NCBI RefSeq assembly: GCF_038025025.1
Contig: NW_027117349.1
Span: forward strand, 806,001 to 870,000
DNA from: Phyllosticta citribraziliensis
Lineage: Eukaryota
Length of the DNA: 64,000 nucleotides
Direction: 5' to 3'
A program made the translations under genes and the position numbers. This document shows, one piece after another, positions 59,189 through 64,000 of this stretch. Each line of letters begins with the position of its first letter. Positions within the stretch are counted from its first letter, which is position 1. The notes under the pieces are model-generated. The model made no database searches, was not told where the DNA came from, and worked only from the letters and a program-made list of their open reading frames with translations.

Positions 59189-62100
59189 TTAGGAGATCTG
59201 ATGGGGATGCTCCATCTTGGTCTTCTTCAAAACAGTATGTGCAAGATTCTTCAAAGATCCGCTGGTCAACAGCTCAAGCACCTGCAAGTTGGCTTGCAGT
59301 TCACGGGTGATCCAGTTGCGCAACTCGATGGCGTTCAAGGAGTCGAGACCATACGTTGTGACACCGCGGGCAGCATCAATGTCATCCATGGGAATCATCA
59401 GAATCGTGGAGAGCTTCTCAAGCAGCGCATGACTGAGCGCCTCGGTGGCATCTTCTGCTGACTTCGCTTGCTTGATCTTCTGAGCGACAGAAATGGACTG
59501 GCCGGCGGCCGCGCCTGCTTCGGCAGACAAGGCGATGGCTTGCTCTTTGAGGTGGGCAAACCGACCCTCATTGGCGTAGTAGGGCAACTGGTTGTCGCGG
59601 AATTTGAGACCAGTCAAGCAATGTCCTCCGCAAGTTTTGGCCGTCAGTCCAGTGATGGCAGCGGACACCAAAGCGAGCACTTCCGCTTCGTTCGACGTCT
59701 CTCCTCCGAGATTTTGGATAATCTCATCCTGGCGGTCAGCATTTTCAGCGAGGTAGCCGACCCCTTCAATCGCAGTCAAGTCAATGGAAACACCTGGAAG
59801 GCCTTGGCTCAGCCGGTATTTGACAAAGGCATCGAGGAAGGTGTTCGCGGCAGCATACGCTGCTTGACCACGGTTGCCGATGATACCAGCTGCCGACGAG
59901 AGTGCGATGAAGAAGTCCAGTTTGGTGTCCCGCAGCGCATTGTGCGTGTTCCAGGCGCCGTCGACTTTGGACTGAACGACGGTCTTGTAATCATCAAACG
60001 ACATCTTCTCGAAGAGCATATCCTACGCACAATCAGTGGCAGTTCCGGGAAACGTCAATGCTGGACTTACCCTGAGAACCATGGCGGCGTGAATGACACC
60101 ACGGATCGGTGGTAGCGTTTTGGAGCAGTCCTCGACCATGGCGTTGACAGATGCTTGGTCAGAGATGTCACAAGCCTTGACGACAATGTTGCCTCCAAGA
60201 GGCCTCAAATCCTCAGCGAGTTCCGCAACCTTTCCAGTAGCTTTGCCGCTGCGGGACATCAAGACAACGTTCCGAGCCCCTTTCGAAACCATCCAGCGCG
60301 ACATGCTGCGGCCCAAGCCACCAGTCCCGCCAATGATAATGTATGTGGCATCAGACTTGAACAGCTTGGTTTGTCTCACATGCGTAGCCTAACAAGGTTA
60401 GTCGGAGCCGATCGCTTTCGAAATGATGTTCCTTACCTTGACCTTTTCCTCTGGGCTAGTTGTGATGACAAGCTTGCCGGTGGTCTTGCCGCCCTGGAGT
60501 GCTCTGAAGGCGCTCTCGACTTCAGAAATTCCCCTGACATTGATGGGCGAGATCGGCTTGACATTGCCAAATTCGATGAGCTTCATGACTGAGCTGAAAA
60601 TCCGTCCCATCAGCTGCGGCCTCTCTTCCGCGACGACTGTCAGGTCAATGGAGCTGAAGGTTGCATTCTGGTTGAACTTGGCCATCTCCAAGCGGGTGTT
60701 GGAAGTGATATCCCGCTTCCCGATCTCGATGAAGCGTCCAAATTTGGCAAGAGAGTCCCAAGTCTCGCGAAGGATGTCGCCTGCCAGCGAGTTCATCACG
60801 ACGTCAACGCCCTCGCCCCCGGTGGCTTCACGGAGGGCTTTGCCGAAAGAGGTGTCACGGCTGTAGAAGATGTGATCTTCAGGGACGCCGTACTTCTCCA
60901 TAACCAGCTTTTTCTTCTCAACACTCCCAACCGTTGCGAAGACTTCAGCGCCAATCATGTAGGCCAACTGAATAGCGGCCTGACCAACACCTCCCGCGGC
61001 AGCGTGAATGAGGACCCGCTCTCCTCGAGTCAAGCGACCAAGGTCGACAAGGCCGTAGTAAGCTGTGTTGTAAACGACGGGGATTGATGCAGCCACCTCG
61101 AAAGACATGTCTGCGGGGATCCGGGCGGCGCTGGATGATGGACACCGTGTGAAGGTGCTGTAAGCTCCTTGCGACATGGCGCATACGCGATCGCCAACAA
61201 ACAGGTTCTCGACCTTGTGTCCGACGCGAGTCACAGTGCCGCTGCATTCAACACCCAGGTAGGGATTCGGCAACTGTCCCATGGCAATGACGACGTCTTT
61301 GAAGTTCATGCCAGTCGCTGCAACTTGGATTTCGACTTCGGTGTCACCCAGAGGGTGCGGTGACCAAGCCTCTTCATCCTCGAAGTAGAGCGTGTCCAAA
61401 GCGCCGGGGGAGGCAATAGCCAAGCGAAGCCGTCTTCCGGGCTGGTTAAAGGGTTGGAGGTAAGGCTCGGAATCCTGAGTTTCGCGGTGAACATACAAGT
61501 TCATCTCCTCATCCGGTACAACTCGTGGAACAACAAGGCATCCCTTCTCCTCGGTGAATTCCATGTCCGCGTCAATCTCCTCTTGCGCAAAGACTTTTCG
61601 GAAGACGTCGACGATCAGCTCCACGCGCTGGTATGTCTCCAGCTTCGAGACTGGGTCAAGATCAAGAGTAGCTGCCTTTGCGGCTGCTTCGGAACGGATT
61701 GTTCGAATCAGGCCTGCTGCCATGTTGACGCTGGGGTTGGTCGGGTTCTTGTACGCTCCTTTTGTCACCCATAGAACTCCATTCGCCTTGGTAAGAATCT
61801 TCTGGACAGCGCTAAAGATTTGCGGCGATGCATTTGCCAAAAGTACGTCTTGAATTTCAGACGTTACGATGCAAATTTTGTCTGAAGGATCGGAATCGAC
61901 CAGACGGCAGACAGTCGGCTCGACATCTGTGCGGAGAGTGATGGCATCTTTGAGCGAATTGACAAGCAGGTCATCTCCACTCTTCTCTGAAATGATTTCG
62001 ACCTGCAGACCGGACATGCGCTTGACCTCGTCCGGAGGAGTGTAAATTGGCGCGCCACTGGAACTGTGGTTTCGACTGTGAGCGCTGTGCTTGCGGCTGT

Positions 62101-64000
62101 GGCCCTTCGTGTTGACCTTGAGGCCATCGTTTCCGTTGACACCATTCGTGAGGCCATTGACGGTTTCAGCTTCCTGACTGCCTTTTGCGTCAGATCCATT
62201 TTCCACTGCATCAATGGCCTCCCACTCGGTCCTGTAACAGAGTTCTCGAGGCCCGGTGTTTTCCTGCTCAGCATTCTCTCGGACAGGCGTAAGTCTGAGA
62301 CCGGTAAAGGTAATGGATGCCTCCTCATCTTCTGGGGAGAAGATGCCATCCATGGAGAAGTCGGTGGGCTTGGGGGAAACGTAGTCTGGTCGGCCGGAGG
62401 CTGTCACCTGAAGCCTTTGTCCCGGCTTGTTGGGGAAGTTGCGCGACAAGGTGAACTCCGTCATGGAAATTGGCATGTACAGCGACGGGAGTTTGCTGCG
62501 ACCGGCGCCAAGAATCGGGTAGGCGAGTTGCAGAATGAGATCCAGGAAGGAGGTGTGGACAATGGTGGGAGTTTCATGATTGTACGGCATGACAGCAGCA
62601 GTGTCCGGCACCTCAACCTCGGCAACAGAGTGTTCATCGCAAGCCCGGCAGTTGACGATGTTGCGGAAGGTTGGCCCGTAAATTGCGCCAAACGGTTTGA
62701 GTTGTTCGTAAAACGTTGGCATGTTGATCTCCTGATTGCATTTGTCTCGTGCTTCCTGCATTCGCTTCTTCAAGGCTTCACCGGTGCCCTTGTGCACTGG
62801 GTTGTGTCCGTCTCCCCGACGAACTCCAACAAGCCCTCGCGAATGCTCAGTCCACCCTTTGTCGGGAACCCAGGAGGAAATTCGGAACTCATCCCACGAG
62901 TCAGAGTACGACCGCAAACCCTCCGCGTAGGGCCTCAGTTGAGTGCAGATTTCGTACTCTTCGCCGTCGTTGAGAAGAAGCGGTCGAGTAACATGAATCT
63001 CGCGCATGACAAACCGGTCGAAAGGAACATCTCTCATAATCGCCCTCTGCGCGGCAGCTTCAGCGGCGATACCAAGAAAACCAGCCCCTGGAAAAGTGGT
63101 GAGCGACTGCATTTTGTGGTCTCTCAGCCAGGGTAGGTCATCGAGCCGAATGACATTTCGCCAGATGGGTTCAATGTCGTTCGAAGTGGCCTCCAACAGA
63201 CCGAGAAGGTCATGTCTCGCAAATCGAGCCAGGCGATGCTGCTTGCTCTGACGGGATTCGTGCCAGTAGCTCACTGATCGATTCCATGGATAAGGACTAA
63301 GCTCCGTGATCAAAGCAGGTGTCTTTGGGTCGTCGGGGCTTTGATTGATGTTCTTGAAATTGAGAGACACTCCTTTCATAAAAAGTTTGCCAGCCGACTC
63401 GAGACAAGCATAAGTACTGTCCTTGTTCCGCAACAAGGTACTGATGTATGAGATCTTGCTCCCTTGCTTGCCGAGGCCTTTCAGGACCTGTTTGATGGGT
63501 CCTTCGAGGGCGGAATGAGGACCGATTTCGACGAGTACGTCAGGAGTGGCCTCAGCGCAAAGCTTTTGCAAAGCTCCTGAGAACCGCACAGGGCATGTCA
63601 AGTTATCGACCCAGTATGAAGAGTCAACCTTGGCTCCATCCACCTTGTTTTCGTGAAGGGCAGAGAAGAAGTCCGCGGTTTGAGAGGACTGCGATTTGAC
63701 CTTGGCAATTTTGGATCGATAATCTTCAGCCACAAGCTTCATGTGATGCGAGTGGTAGGCGACGTCGACACGAAGCTTACGATTGAATTGCTGCTTCTGT
63801 TCGACAGCGGCAGCTAACTCATCAATCGCAGAGACATCCCCGGACGCCGTAATGGACGAAGGCGAGTTCTCGCAAGCGACAATAGCTTGGCCGTTGGTCA
63901 AAGTCTTGAGCATTGGCCTGACATCGTCTGGACCAGCACCGATGGCCAGCATTGCTCCTTTATGCTCTGGGTGACGTTCCTTGAGAGTGACGACGGCTTG
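59189..64000 (-). CDS. Highly reducing iterative type I polyketide synthase, 3' part (AT-DH-ER-KR-ACP); the KS domain lies beyond the window
   Basis: AT: VAYHSHHM and EIGPHSAL. DH: RHDLLG, WLRDHKMQSLTTFP and LDLILQ. ER: GMNFKDV and LIHAAAGGVGQAAIQLA. KR: IIGGTGGLGRS, HAAMVLRD and GQAAYAAAN. ACP: YGLDSLNAIELRNW. Introns 60389-60436 and 60023-60070. Confidence 0.95.

Noticed and set aside
1..64000. tRNA, rRNA, telomerase-template (TAACCCTAA) or CRISPR-like arrays
   Set aside because: None were seen by eye; the short tandem repeats are ordinary microsatellites. A tRNAscan-SE/Infernal run would be needed to exclude ncRNAs firmly.

Overview
This window is eukaryotic DNA from a filamentous ascomycete (Pezizomycotina). 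It is GC-rich, with short GT-AG introns carrying CTRAC branch points, and it shows clear RIP mutation. I can support 18 protein-coding genes: a DUF2985 membrane protein, Sen15, a secreted FAD-linked oxidase, two PTH11-like membrane proteins, a conserved hypothetical protein, a GtaA-family glutaminase, Vam7, EB1/Bim1, a DOMON-cytochrome b561 protein, an orphan coiled-coil protein, a Zn2Cys6 transcription factor, a C2H2 plus Fungal_trans transcription factor, an 11-intron cytochrome P450, Tpt1, Efg1, Mio/Sea4, and the 3' part of a highly reducing PKS without a C-methyltransferase domain. A complete but RIP-destroyed Ty1/copia LTR retrotransposon occupies 23182-28370. The most intriguing signals concern translation. 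(1) The second PTH11-like gene ends in the read-through context TGA-CTAG and stays open in frame for 115 more codons. (2) Tpt1 has an in-frame GTG-initiated upstream extension that looks like a mitochondrial presequence. (3) The orphan gene has two canonical introns downstream of its stop codon. Exon boundaries were inferred by eye and family names come from motif recognition, not database searches.
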